A DNA stretch of 64,000 nucleotides, taken from positions 5,541-69,540 of the forward strand of contig JAQWFB010000001.1 in assembly GCA_028704635.1 (NCBI GenBank), in the 5' to 3' direction. Shown here in pieces: positions 7,495 through 18,274 of the stretch. The notes below the pieces were generated by a model that was given only the letters and a program-made list of their open reading frames with translations, had not been told where the DNA came from and did no database searches. The DNA comes from Candidatus Shapirobacteria bacterium. Its GTDB lineage: Bacteria > Patescibacteriota > Microgenomatia > UBA12405. The position numbers and the translations under genes were made by a program. Numbering within the stretch: position 1 is the first letter of the stretch; every line of letters begins with the position of its first letter.

Positions 7495-8577
7495 TCAGTC
7501 ACCTATTGATTCCAGAATTGCTTTTGCAGTTAACTCTCCAAGTCTTGGAGGCACTGCATTTCCAATTTGTTTCGCAATATCACCAAAATTGCCTATAAAA
7601 ATAAAATCATCTGGAAATGTTTGTAGTCTAGCTGCTTCCCTTAAACTAATGGCCCTATCCTGTTCTGGATGTCCGAATCTACCTTTTGTAATCATACCGC
7701 ACCCTCCAGTCATGGTTGGAGATGGAGCGTCCCATCTCATTCGACCATAAACATCTTTATGTCCTGTGGTATTTTTATGACAGGTAAGAATTAATTTTTC
7801 TGGCCATGAAGTACGATCACCACCATTTTGTGGTGTATTTTTTATTCTTTGAAGGTTTATTTCTGCAAGTGATGCTGAACGGTGGAGCTTATCATAATTA
7901 TATGTTTCTCCTGCCTCGATTTTCGGTAAATCACCAATAGTGTTCTTAACCGTCATCCAAACTTTTAAAGTAGATTCTTTTTTAGCAGGATCGGCATGTG
8001 TTTGAGATAGAAAAACTGGTTCTTTTTTTCCTTTTATACCGATAATGACAACTCTTCTTCTGTGCTGTGGTACTCCATAATCAGCGGTATCGATTACATC
8101 ATATTTCAGTTTATAACCCATTTCTTTAATGTCCCCCAACACATCTTCAAGGATATTTTTGCCGATACCTTTAGCTAATCCTGGAACGTTTTCCATTACA
8201 AAAGCAACTGGTTTAACCTGTTTAATTATTTTAACCACTTCAAAAATAAGTTTGTTTCTAGGATCATTTCTTCTCTGGCTATTTCTTCGGGCATTAGAAA
8301 AACCTTGACAGGGAGGGCAGGCAATTAATACGATTTTGTCCTTTTTGGAGAGATTTCCAGCCTTCATAAGGTATTTACCGTCAACGTCACAGATGCTTTC
8401 TTTTATAACTTTACAATCCTTAAAATTAGCTTCAAATGATTTGCCTGCTATTTCATTGTTGTCAACGGCTACCCGAATATCAAAACCCATGTTTTTAAAT
8501 CCGAGAGCTGAACCTCCACACCCTGAAAATAGATCGATTACTTTATAGTTACTGTTCACATCATAAATATATAGCAT
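7495..8577 (-). CDS. DNA (cytosine-5) methyltransferase (DrmMII-like)
   Basis: DLFSGCGG, PPCQGFS, ENVPG, QHRRR, REAARLQTFP, QIGNAVPP. Confidence 0.95.
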   Translation of the reverse strand: MLYIYDVNSNYKVIDLFSGCGGSALGFKNMGFDIRVAVDNNEIAGKSFEANFKDCKVIKESICDVDGKYLMKAGNLSKKDKIVLIACPPCQGFSNARRNSQRRNDPRNKLIFEVVKIIKQVKPVAFVMENVPGLAKGIGKNILEDVLGDIKEMGYKLKYDVIDTADYGVPQHRRRVVIIGIKGKKEPVFLSQTHADPAKKESTLKVWMTVKNTIGDLPKIEAGETYNYDKLHRSASLAEINLQRIKNTPQNGGDRTSWPEKLILTCHKNTTGHKDVYGRMRWDAPSPTMTGGCGMITKGRFGHPEQDRAISLREAARLQTFPDDFIFIGNFGDIAKQIGNAVPPRLGELTAKAILESIGD

Positions 8578-8680
8578 TTCCTAGTGTAATTTCACAGACA
8601 ATTTTATTTTGATGATAAATCTAAAATTATTCCGAGGGTAATTTTACATGGTTTGATGTTACAATATTGCAATAATCAAG

Positions 8681-11317
8681 ATGAATTGGGAAAAAATTGA
8701 AGAATCCATTTTATTGTCATATCCTTTTTTCCGGAACTTAAATAGCAAAACTCAATTAACTTCCGGAGTACATCCTTTTGTGTTGTTGAATTCCTACCTA
8801 TGTATAAAATCCATTGAAACTTCACTTCCAAAAAAATTGTTAATAATTCTGCCTTTTAAAGCAGACATCGCCAAATGGGTATCTGTTGTGACAACTTTAA
8901 AACTTCTTAAGGAAGATTCCCTTGCTAACCAAGACATTAAAATAGAATATTTACCTGGGCAAAAACTACTTATCAATGGAGTTGTAGTCGAGTTTGTTGG
9001 AGAAGAAAATAATCCTTCCTACGGTTACCGCTTTATCATACGTTACTGGAACGATGATAAAAAACACCCTGGATACATTACGGACCATATACCTTGTGAA
9101 AATAACCAGATGTTTGAGATGGCAGACCAGAATTGTGAAATTAGTTCATATTCTAAGGTTGTAAAAGCATTGTTAGGTCTTGAAGAATCAAGTGTAGTTA
9201 CAAATGATATTCTTGGAATAAATTTTAGAAATACAATATCTAGATTTGAACGTAATGTAATCTTGGTATCTGGAATTGGAGAGACAAAAAGATTTGCGGA
9301 AATGAATACTGTTAACAATGTATTGGTCAGTGAGTTATTTCCGTGGGGTAAGTTGGATTACACGGGCGACACAACAGCATTATTTTATAAGGAAAAAGCA
9401 AAACCAAACTGCATCATTAGTTCCAATATGTTCGGAATCGAAGAATATATATCAAAAAAAGGAAAAAATTATGGAATTATTATTGATGGTATCGATAAAT
9501 GCACTGACAATCTCCAACAATTAGATGATTTGATCGACTCTGGAAATAGGATTGTTGTATTTTGCGACAGAAATGAACTCGATGAAGCGAATAAGTATTT
9601 AATTAATAGGGATTTCCTCGTTTGGTCATGGGATAAAAAGATGATTGCAGGGTTAACTTCAACTTTGTCTATTGGAGACATTAATAAGTCTTTCAATACC
9701 CAGTTAAAAAATTACTCTGAGTTGGGTATTAAGGTATTAAAAAGTAATAACCCAATAATTGAAGAATTAATCAATATTTCGTCTCCTGTTTTAAAAATTA
9801 ATCCAGAAGATTCAGGTCTTATTAATAAATTTAAATTCAATCTACTCTCTGCGATTAATGAAATAATTAGATTGGGATTTATACCCGACAACGAATATTT
9901 AACTAGTTTTCTAAAAAAATTGGAGGAATTAAAAAAAGAATACGGATTAATTAGCAACATGGCCAGCAATGATACTCGTGTTGGACTTACGAAAATTTTA
10001 GACATGTTAACAAATCTGAAAATTAATGATTTTGCTCACCCAGAAAGCAAAGCAAATAAAATTATTTCCTGGTTTAACAACTTGAGTGGTGACGACAAAA
10101 ATAAAAAATACATAACAATCTTTGATGACTTGAACCCCGCTCGACTTCACCAAGATCACTTCGCAAATTCAATCGATAAAGAAATAAAACTAGAAACGAT
10201 AGCTTTTGAAGATTTTATTATCTCCCACAATTTTGAAGAAGATGCCGTTATTTTTACCGGATGGCCAGGTAAAAAAAAGATGAAAATAATATCAAATATC
10301 AATGCGGCAAAAAATATGTTGTTTTTTCTGTATCCTCAGGAACAAAAATGGTTCAACTCATATATCAGAAACACCGAAAAATATAGCTTTGGAAAAAATG
10401 AACTTGATAAATTTGCGGAATATCTGGATGTACCAGTTATTGAAGAATTAAAAACAGCATTAACAGAGTACTCTGATCAAACGGAAAACATAATTGGAAT
10501 TGATGACATAACAGAGGCACAAGATACCTTATTAATAAGCTCATATTTACCAGACGATAATGAATGTAACAATCCAATACCGTCTAAATTAGTTGTTTTT
10601 AATAGAGATTATTTCTGGTACTCAACTGAGAACCATCGATTCATTGTTATTACGGATTTGATTGCTAATTGTACTGATGGACAAATAAAAACTTCAAGAC
10701 CAGAGGGTCTTCATGTGGGCGATACTGTTTTGATTAGGGAGTCAAATAAAGATTTAATCAGGGAAATTGCTGAAATTGATTTAAAAAATAGAGATGAAGA
10801 ATGGGCTATCGAAAAATCTAAAGTCTGGAAAGATGCACTGAAAACCGAATACAAAAAACAATATGAAAATATTTTTCGTTTAATCAGTGTGTTAAGAGAA
10901 GCTGGATGTAATAGACAAGTTCAAACCATTAAGCTTTGGCTCTTTGAAGATGACCGTATTGGTTTAAGGGATGAAAAGGATCTCGAATATATAGCGAAAG
11001 CAACTGGTTCAAAGGAAATGATTAATAACCTGGACAAAATTCGTGAAGCAATACATCTTGTCCGGGCAGCACATTTAAGAGCAGGTGACACACTCGCGAA
11101 AGAGCTTTTGAACCGATTGCCCGATGTTCTTAATGGTACAGGAAATAAAATCAGGTCAAGTATCGATCTTGGAGAATATGGTACAGCCTTTTTACTTAAG
11201 GTTATTGTTGTTGCCGATGACTATATTGATATCGAAAGTATTAAAGTTAATAAGTTACTAAATAAAAACAAATCAAATGATCAGACTCATACCTCCACTG
11301 TTGTCTTCAGAAAATAA
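8681..11317 (+). CDS. DrmE-like protein (DISARM class II)
   Basis: 878 aa with degenerate helicase-like features and a C-terminus (LHVGDTVL...WKDAL...TIKLWL...IGLRD...AHLRAG) recalled as DrmE-like; context next to a C5 MTase, drmA and drmB. Confidence 0.65.
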   Translation: MNWEKIEESILLSYPFFRNLNSKTQLTSGVHPFVLLNSYLCIKSIETSLPKKLLIILPFKADIAKWVSVVTTLKLLKEDSLANQDIKIEYLPGQKLLINGVVVEFVGEENNPSYGYRFIIRYWNDDKKHPGYITDHIPCENNQMFEMADQNCEISSYSKVVKALLGLEESSVVTNDILGINFRNTISRFERNVILVSGIGETKRFAEMNTVNNVLVSELFPWGKLDYTGDTTALFYKEKAKPNCIISSNMFGIEEYISKKGKNYGIIIDGIDKCTDNLQQLDDLIDSGNRIVVFCDRNELDEANKYLINRDFLVWSWDKKMIAGLTSTLSIGDINKSFNTQLKNYSELGIKVLKSNNPIIEELINISSPVLKINPEDSGLINKFKFNLLSAINEIIRLGFIPDNEYLTSFLKKLEELKKEYGLISNMASNDTRVGLTKILDMLTNLKINDFAHPESKANKIISWFNNLSGDDKNKKYITIFDDLNPARLHQDHFANSIDKEIKLETIAFEDFIISHNFEEDAVIFTGWPGKKKMKIISNINAAKNMLFFLYPQEQKWFNSYIRNTEKYSFGKNELDKFAEYLDVPVIEELKTALTEYSDQTENIIGIDDITEAQDTLLISSYLPDDNECNNPIPSKLVVFNRDYFWYSTENHRFIVITDLIANCTDGQIKTSRPEGLHVGDTVLIRESNKDLIREIAEIDLKNRDEEWAIEKSKVWKDALKTEYKKQYENIFRLISVLREAGCNRQVQTIKLWLFEDDRIGLRDEKDLEYIAKATGSKEMINNLDKIREAIHLVRAAHLRAGDTLAKELLNRLPDVLNGTGNKIRSSIDLGEYGTAFLLKVIVVADDYIDIESIKVNKLLNKNKSNDQTHTSTVVFRK

Positions 11318-13001
11318 AAGTAGCGGAGAGAGAAAACTATTTAATCTTTTTCTAAAAAGTGGAAATACTGATGATTGGACTGTTCTTCACTCATTAAATC
11401 TGAGTGAACATATAAATCAAATATGTGGAGAAATTGATTTTCTTGTTTTAGCCCCAAATTTAGGTATATTTTGCCTTGAGGTAAAGTCTGGGAACGTAAC
11501 ATGTCATGATGGGCTATGGATATATCGGGATAGATTTGGTGTTGACCATAAAAGCACCAAAGGTCCTTTCGTTCAAGTCAAAGATAATATGTTTAGTTTG
11601 ATCGAGTGGGTTAAAAAAAAGACTTCTAATAATCCAAAATTAATAAACATGTTATTCGGCTACGGAGTAGTATTTCCCGATGTTTCATTCAACATCGATA
11701 GTATCGAGTATGATCGATCATCCGTGTTTGACAATATGACTGGTTCTATCGAATCTTTTATCACAACTCTAGCTGAAAATACCAAAAAAAAAGAAGAGAA
11801 CTTAGGTAGAAAAAGATATTTACCATCACTAAAAGATATTGAAACTCTGGTCAGTATTCTAAGGCCTGAATTTGAAGTTTTCAGGAGCACTAAGGACATT
11901 TTAAATGATACCGAAGAAAAAATTAGTTCTTTCACGGAAGAACAATATAAATGTCTTGATTCTCTTAAAGATAATCCCCGTTGTTTATTTAATGGAGCCG
12001 CTGGAACTGGAAAGACGGTCATTGCCGTCGAATCCGTTAAAAGAAAAGTTTTTGATGAAAAGAGAGTGTTATTTATCTGTTTCAATTCTTTATTAAGTGA
12101 ATGGTTAAAATCCAGATTCACAGACAGTGAAAAAAAGTTTGTCACAATCGAAACACTTCCAGGTTATATGGAGAAAATAGCAGCCATTCCAGAATATATT
12201 AAACGCGACAACTATTATTTTGACCACGTATTACCAACAAAAGCCGCAGAATTGATTGTAAAAGACTTTAGTAAATTTGACTATCTGATCGTTGATGAGG
12301 GTCAGGACATAATTAGCGAAGTAAATTTTGCTTTTCTTGATAAGGTCTTAAAAAATGGAATAGCAAAAGGTTTCTGGGAAATTTATTGTGATATGGACCG
12401 TCAGTCATTATTTGCAAAACTATCACCAAAATTAATGAGAGAAAAAATCTCAAAATGGTCACCCAATGGTTTTGTATCTTATAAACTGAACATCAATTGC
12501 CGTAATACTAAAAATATTGCCGAGGAAATTTCTCTGGTATGCGGGTTTGAAAAAGACCAACTATTGCCAGGTAATATTGAGGGAAATCTACCGGTAAACT
12601 ATAAGTTTGTTGATCATGATCAGATTCCTTTTGAAATAGACAAAATAGTGGATTTTGTTTACTCAAAAAAGATTCCTTTAAACAGGATAACAGTGCTATC
12701 ACCAAAAAAATATCAGCTATCTGAGGCCTCCAAGATAAAAAGTAAATGTACAGTTTTAGAACGTAACAATCTATTTTCAATACCAGTCGATTCAATAACA
12801 TTTTCAACTATCGGAAAATTTAAAGGGTTGGAAAATTCTTTTATAGTTGTCACAGACTTTGATTCTATTGAAGAAGACTGTTTGGAAAAACTTTACGTCG
12901 CCATGTCTAGGGCAAAATATGGTCTATATTTGATTATGGGAAAAGAAGCCGAAAAAGATTATGATTCCATTGTTAGTAAAGTTAATAGCGTACAAAGATA
13001 A
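11277..13001 (+). CDS. NERD nuclease + SF1 (UvrD-like) helicase fusion
   Basis: GEIDFLVL...CLEVKSG PD-(D/E)xK NERD; GAAGTGKT Walker A; IVDEGQD; NCRNT; KFKGLE; LYVAMSRAK. Confidence 0.9.
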   Translation: MIRLIPPLLSSENKSSGERKLFNLFLKSGNTDDWTVLHSLNLSEHINQICGEIDFLVLAPNLGIFCLEVKSGNVTCHDGLWIYRDRFGVDHKSTKGPFVQVKDNMFSLIEWVKKKTSNNPKLINMLFGYGVVFPDVSFNIDSIEYDRSSVFDNMTGSIESFITTLAENTKKKEENLGRKRYLPSLKDIETLVSILRPEFEVFRSTKDILNDTEEKISSFTEEQYKCLDSLKDNPRCLFNGAAGTGKTVIAVESVKRKVFDEKRVLFICFNSLLSEWLKSRFTDSEKKFVTIETLPGYMEKIAAIPEYIKRDNYYFDHVLPTKAAELIVKDFSKFDYLIVDEGQDIISEVNFAFLDKVLKNGIAKGFWEIYCDMDRQSLFAKLSPKLMREKISKWSPNGFVSYKLNINCRNTKNIAEEISLVCGFEKDQLLPGNIEGNLPVNYKFVDHDQIPFEIDKIVDFVYSKKIPLNRITVLSPKKYQLSEASKIKSKCTVLERNNLFSIPVDSITFSTIGKFKGLENSFIVVTDFDSIEEDCLEKLYVAMSRAKYGLYLIMGKEAEKDYDSIVSKVNSVQR

Positions 13002-16000
13002 ATGCCTTTTAAAGACCAATTAATCGATTTTCTTAAAAAGGGTCTAATGGGACCAAATCCAACAGAGGGTAATGTTCAGGAAAACGGCGAAGAAATAATA
13101 ATAGGTAGCAATCCTTGTGATAGATATTCACTTGGAGTTCTTTTCCCGCAAAGTTCAAATACTCCTAAAAAAGATGAAATTGAGGATATTGGAAGTGAAG
13201 AAGCAACTGAAGAAGTAGTTAATCTCGCAAATTCCATGGCTCCTTCTGCTATGGGATTTAGTTGTGGATTAATATCCCCATTTAATGATCTGATAATAGA
13301 AATAAAGGCTGGGACTTATCAAAAAGTCGATGATTATGAGAGTTCTGGAAGATACGCTTTTTTAAGGCATCAGATAAATTATGAAATAAAAATCAGCAAA
13401 GAATCATTATCAGCATGTGATGGTATTCTGCATTTTCCCATAAAAAACGGTGATGAGGAAACAAAATTAGGTTTAATACTTTTGAGAAGAAAAATTGGAT
13501 CCTTAACTCATGGAGAAGACCTGTTTACATTTTCTTTAGTCAATTATAATAACGAAGGACGTGATGAAAAATGTTTTTTCCAATGTCAGTTTATCGTTAA
13601 GTCTGTTGACGGAAAACCCTGTTTTGCACCTTACCCCGATATTTCTGAGGCTTTTGGCAACGACTATGACCGTCTTTTAAATGCATATCTGTATCGGGAT
13701 AAAAAGACTTTCGCAATAGGGCATGGATGCTCTCCGCTATGGAATGACACAAAGAACGATGTCTCAGAAATATGTGCAAATGCAATACCTTCATATGAAA
13801 TGAAACCAGTTATCCCTACAACTATTGAAGGTTGTTCACTTGGAATGTATGAAATGAGTGATGAAGGTAAAGTTGAAAATATTTTTGAAAAGATAGAAAC
13901 ACTTTGCCGTGAATATGAAAATTGGATTAATGGTCAACAAAGAATAATTGAAGTAGAAACAAATATAAAGTATAAAGAAATCGGTCAAAAAAACATCCTT
14001 AATTGTAAGATGTGTCTTGATAGAATGCGTGAGGGATTTACATTGTTGAAAACCGATTCGGTAGTATTGGAAGCGTTCCGTTTAATGAATCGGGCTATGT
14101 TGTTACAACAATTGCATTACAAAATTGATTTAAGGATTTGGGATGATAATGACGACATTGTCCAAGTGAAAATGCCTAAGTTGAACGACAAAAGCACCTG
14201 GCCTGACAAAGTTGGTAATTGGTATCCGTTTCAGTTGGCTTTTATCTTAATGAACTTGGACTCTATGTCTGATCCCAGCAGTAAATATCGGGAAATGGTC
14301 GACCTGATTTGGTTTCCTACTGGAGGCGGAAAGACTGAAGCATATTTAGGCTTGACTGCTTTTACTATCTTTCTAAAGAGATTGACTGATAAAAATGATG
14401 ACGGAACAACTGTTTTAATGCGATATACCCTGAGACTACTTACAAATCAGCAATTTCAAAGAGCGTCATCCTTAATATGTTCATGCGAATACATTAGGTC
14501 ATCAATTCCACAAAAATTGGGTGAAACAAAAATTACTATTGGCCTTTGGGCAGGTAGTGGTTTAACTCCTAATACTAGACCAGAAGCAGTCAGTAAATTT
14601 AAAAAATTGCTACAGGGACAGGATGATGTAAATTGTTTTTTAATCGATAAATGTCCATGGTGCGGTGCTCAAATGGGTTTTATTAAGAAAAAAAACATAA
14701 AAGCTAAAGGTTATAGGCAAATGTTACACCCGTCAACTGTTATTTTTCGCTGCTCAGACCAGGAATGTTTTTTTTCACATGAGGAAAGTCCTCTACCTTT
14801 ATTAGTAATTGATGAAGATATTTATGATAATCCTCCATCGTTGGTTATCGGAACAATAGATAAATTTGCAATGTTAGTTTGGAAACCAGAATCTGTACGA
14901 AAAATATTTGGATTTAGGGATAACGGAAGAGTTTTGCCGCCATCATTAATAATCCAAGATGAATTGCATTTGATTTCTGGCCCCCTTGGGTCGATTGCTG
15001 GAATGTACGAAGTATTAATTGAAGAATTATGCTCCCAGAAAAATAGTAGTGGAATAATAAAACCTAAAATTGTTGCCTCTACTGCTACTGTTAGTAGGGC
15101 CAAAGAACAGGTGAATGCCCTTTATGGCCGAGACGTTTTTATTCTTCCGCCACCAGCAACTAAAGCAAATGATTCTTTTTTTGCTAAAGAAGCCGTCGAT
15201 TTGCCAGGAAGAACTTATTTAGGCATCTATGCTCCATCGTTAAGTCATGCAACCGCTCATGTCAGAACGGTTTCTTTCCTATTGGAGGGAGTAAAATATA
15301 TACCAGCAGATCCGACTGTTAAAAACTATTATTGGACTTTATTGGATTACTTTAATAGTCTTCGGGAACTTGGGCATGCCAAAACAAGGATATCAGCAGA
15401 TATTCCAGAGTATCTGAATATTGTATATAGTTATCTTGGCCTGTTTCATGCTTCAATAGAGGAAAAGGCTAAACGAAGATTTATTAATCCAAGCAAATGT
15501 CCAGAGTTAACCAGTCGTGTAGACGAAATTTCTAAAGCTCTTAATGATCTAAAAGAACCATATTTATTGGAAAATTCTAAAGCATTGGATATTTGTCTTT
15601 GTACTAATATGATTTCCGTTGGCATTGATATTGATAGGTTAGGTTTAATGACTGTAGCTGGACAACCAAAGACAACAGCCGAATATATCCAAGCCACCAG
15701 CCGTGTTGGAAGAAGTAGTAAGGGACCAGGTTTGGTTGTAGCTATATTTAATACCCCTAAACCAAGAGATAGATCTCACTATGAAAATTTTCTCTCTTAC
15801 CACTCAAAAATTTATAGCTTTGTTGAGCCTACCAGCATCACTCCATTTTCCAGACCAGCAAGAGAAAGAGCTTTGCATGCACTTTTAATCGGATATATCA
15901 GATATTTTGGTTCCACAGACAATCTTTTATCTCCAAAAAACATTAGTGATCAGAATATATTTACCCGTTTTACAGAAATGATTAAAAATAGAGTTATAAA

Positions 16001-16265
16001 AATTGACCCAGATGAAATGGAAGGATGTTTAACAGAAATTGATAAATTAAAACGGCGTTTGTTTAGATTACATGCCGAAAAATACTACGGTAACGGTATA
16101 GAAAGATGGGCAAATTGTCTTATCTATCCCTATGGTGTAGTTCCTCCAGATTCTGATACAAGAAACAGAATGTGGCCCACACTTCAGTCGATGAGAAATG
16201 TAGACCTGACTTGTCAGATAGAACCAGATACTTATTATTTAGATCCTCCAGATGTCACAATATAG
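13002..16265 (+). CDS. drmA: DISARM SF2 helicase DrmA
   Basis: WYPFQLAF, DLIWFPTGGGKTEAYLGL, RYTLRLLT, CPWCG, IIQDELHLISGPLG, TNMISVGIDI, EYIQATSRVGR, PRDRSHYE. Confidence 0.9.
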   Translation: MPFKDQLIDFLKKGLMGPNPTEGNVQENGEEIIIGSNPCDRYSLGVLFPQSSNTPKKDEIEDIGSEEATEEVVNLANSMAPSAMGFSCGLISPFNDLIIEIKAGTYQKVDDYESSGRYAFLRHQINYEIKISKESLSACDGILHFPIKNGDEETKLGLILLRRKIGSLTHGEDLFTFSLVNYNNEGRDEKCFFQCQFIVKSVDGKPCFAPYPDISEAFGNDYDRLLNAYLYRDKKTFAIGHGCSPLWNDTKNDVSEICANAIPSYEMKPVIPTTIEGCSLGMYEMSDEGKVENIFEKIETLCREYENWINGQQRIIEVETNIKYKEIGQKNILNCKMCLDRMREGFTLLKTDSVVLEAFRLMNRAMLLQQLHYKIDLRIWDDNDDIVQVKMPKLNDKSTWPDKVGNWYPFQLAFILMNLDSMSDPSSKYREMVDLIWFPTGGGKTEAYLGLTAFTIFLKRLTDKNDDGTTVLMRYTLRLLTNQQFQRASSLICSCEYIRSSIPQKLGETKITIGLWAGSGLTPNTRPEAVSKFKKLLQGQDDVNCFLIDKCPWCGAQMGFIKKKNIKAKGYRQMLHPSTVIFRCSDQECFFSHEESPLPLLVIDEDIYDNPPSLVIGTIDKFAMLVWKPESVRKIFGFRDNGRVLPPSLIIQDELHLISGPLGSIAGMYEVLIEELCSQKNSSGIIKPKIVASTATVSRAKEQVNALYGRDVFILPPPATKANDSFFAKEAVDLPGRTYLGIYAPSLSHATAHVRTVSFLLEGVKYIPADPTVKNYYWTLLDYFNSLRELGHAKTRISADIPEYLNIVYSYLGLFHASIEEKAKRRFINPSKCPELTSRVDEISKALNDLKEPYLLENSKALDICLCTNMISVGIDIDRLGLMTVAGQPKTTAEYIQATSRVGRSSKGPGLVVAIFNTPKPRDRSHYENFLSYHSKIYSFVEPTSITPFSRPARERALHALLIGYIRYFGSTDNLLSPKNISDQNIFTRFTEMIKNRVIKIDPDEMEGCLTEIDKLKRRLFRLHAEKYYGNGIERWANCLIYPYGVVPPDSDTRNRMWPTLQSMRNVDLTCQIEPDTYYLDPPDVTI

Positions 16266-18093
16266 AAAAAAAAGACCAGTAAGACAGGGACAACTTATAT
16301 CACCATGGGGTGTAGGACAAATGATACCTTTTCCAGAAGGGGACTCTCTCATGATAGCTGGACTTGATGCTTGGCAGGAAAAATATGGACATCCAGGAGA
16401 AGAGAAATACTTTGTCCAGGAGTTAAGATTGGAGAAAAGATTAGGGGTTAAACATTTTAGATTACCCCCTAATTTTATAGAGGAAGAAAGGGATCAGGCC
16501 AAGACCGTGCCTGCGATCAGATTTCCACAATGGCACTATTGCAAACACTGTGGTTCTATGGAGAAGTTAAGTATTTTTAGTACCCAATTACCCCACTGTA
16601 AAGGATTGCCATATGATGATATAAGTTGTCAAAATACACCTGAAAAAAGAAGGCTAAAGATGATACCAGTCCGCTTTGTAGTTATCTGTCCTGATGGACA
16701 TATCGATGATTTTCCATTTATGGAATGGGTGCATAGTAAAAGTAAAATGGTAGAAACCCCAGATTGTCGGTTAAGATACAAAATTAGAAGTGCTGGAAGT
16801 TCACTCGGTGCCATCAAATTAATCTGTAGTTGTGGAGCCAAGTCCAGTATGCATGGGTCATTTAATAAAGGGGGCTTAAAAAATATTTTAAAATGTAAAG
16901 GGTATAAACCGTGGCTAGGTAAAATTGAAGAATTCGATTCCGAACCGTGTGATAAGGAGTTGACTGTTGCTCAAAAAGGCGGATCAAACGTATATTTTCC
17001 AAATGTAATAAGCTCAATTTATATTCCCAGCGAATTTAGACCTGAGATTCATGAAAAATACCTTGATGAATATTGGAGTTACTTGACTGGGGTTTTAAAA
17101 AATGACGTATTAGATTTTGAAAGGTTTAAAAACGTTGCACTTAAAAACGGATTAGATCCCCAGGAGTTTTATGATAATGGGTTAAAACGCTATAAGGAAG
17201 CCACTAATTACGATGAGAGCCTTACAGAAAACGATATCGAAAAGGAAATTAGAAAACAAGAATATATTTACCTCACAGGAAATAAAAATATTGACAACGA
17301 TTATTTGACTCAAAAAACGTCACCTATTGATGGTTATAGTAAATTAATCCAAAGTTTTTGCAACCAAATATCTCTTGTTCACCGTCTTAAGGAAACCAGA
17401 GTTTTTACAGGATTTTCAAGATTAAACTCTAATGATGGTAAAACTTTATCTCAAAGAAAAAGTGAATTGTCATTAAAAAAAATTGATTGGCTTCCAGCTA
17501 TAACTGTTAGCGGTGAAGGTATTTTTCTAAAATTTAAAGACAGCCTAATCAAAACGTGGGAAACAAATGCTCTTGTAAAAGAAAGGGCAGAAATTATTAA
17601 TAACAACTTTGCTAATTATGCCCGCCAATTCAATTTACCCGAAAGAACAGTTAGCCCTGGATACATAATGGTCCACACTTTTTCCCATATTTTAATTAAT
17701 GAACTTAGCCTTGTTTGTGGATATGGAAGTTCGTCTTTAAGAGAGAGGATATATTTTAATGAAGATCAGGGCGAAAGTTATTTTGGTTTGTTGATCTACA
17801 CAGCATCTGGAGATTCTGAAGGATCTCTTGGTGGCCTAGTAAAACAGGGGTTACCCAGTCGACTAAACGAAATGATAATGTCCGCCTTAAATAAAGCAAG
17901 TTGGTGCTCGGTCGATCCAATCTGTATTGAAAGCCGTGGTCAAGGATTGGGATCGTGCAATTTAGCCGCATGCCACAACTGTGTCCTTCTACCAGAAACA
18001 TCCTGCGAACAATCAAATAGATTACTCGACCGTGCCATGTTAATCGGTACATTGGAAAACCATGAGATTGGTTTCTTTTCTAATATGGAATAA
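16252..18093 (+). CDS. drmB: DISARM DrmB (DUF1998 domain)
   Basis: VRQGQLISPWGVG, RFVVICPDGHIDDFP, HTFSHILINEL, SSLRERIY, GSLGGL, CSVDPIC...AACHNCVLLPETSCE. Confidence 0.9.
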   Translation: MSQYRKKRPVRQGQLISPWGVGQMIPFPEGDSLMIAGLDAWQEKYGHPGEEKYFVQELRLEKRLGVKHFRLPPNFIEEERDQAKTVPAIRFPQWHYCKHCGSMEKLSIFSTQLPHCKGLPYDDISCQNTPEKRRLKMIPVRFVVICPDGHIDDFPFMEWVHSKSKMVETPDCRLRYKIRSAGSSLGAIKLICSCGAKSSMHGSFNKGGLKNILKCKGYKPWLGKIEEFDSEPCDKELTVAQKGGSNVYFPNVISSIYIPSEFRPEIHEKYLDEYWSYLTGVLKNDVLDFERFKNVALKNGLDPQEFYDNGLKRYKEATNYDESLTENDIEKEIRKQEYIYLTGNKNIDNDYLTQKTSPIDGYSKLIQSFCNQISLVHRLKETRVFTGFSRLNSNDGKTLSQRKSELSLKKIDWLPAITVSGEGIFLKFKDSLIKTWETNALVKERAEIINNNFANYARQFNLPERTVSPGYIMVHTFSHILINELSLVCGYGSSSLRERIYFNEDQGESYFGLLIYTASGDSEGSLGGLVKQGLPSRLNEMIMSALNKASWCSVDPICIESRGQGLGSCNLAACHNCVLLPETSCEQSNRLLDRAMLIGTLENHEIGFFSNME

Positions 18094-18274
18094 CATAAAG
18101 TAAATCCTTTATTGAGAAGTCTTAATAAAAAATGACAAATCGATATTTTAATCAGTGTGCCAAACAAATCATTTAAAAAAAAAAACGGTTCATCACGAAC
18201 AAATATAACCACTAAATAATAATCTCCGAACAACTATTTTGTGTATGATAGTAAAGTAGTAAATTACGTTCTTA

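Noticed and set aside
8336-18233. Numerous short alternative-frame and antisense ORFs within the defence operon
   Set aside because: They overlap long motif-bearing genes and lack independent coding signals.
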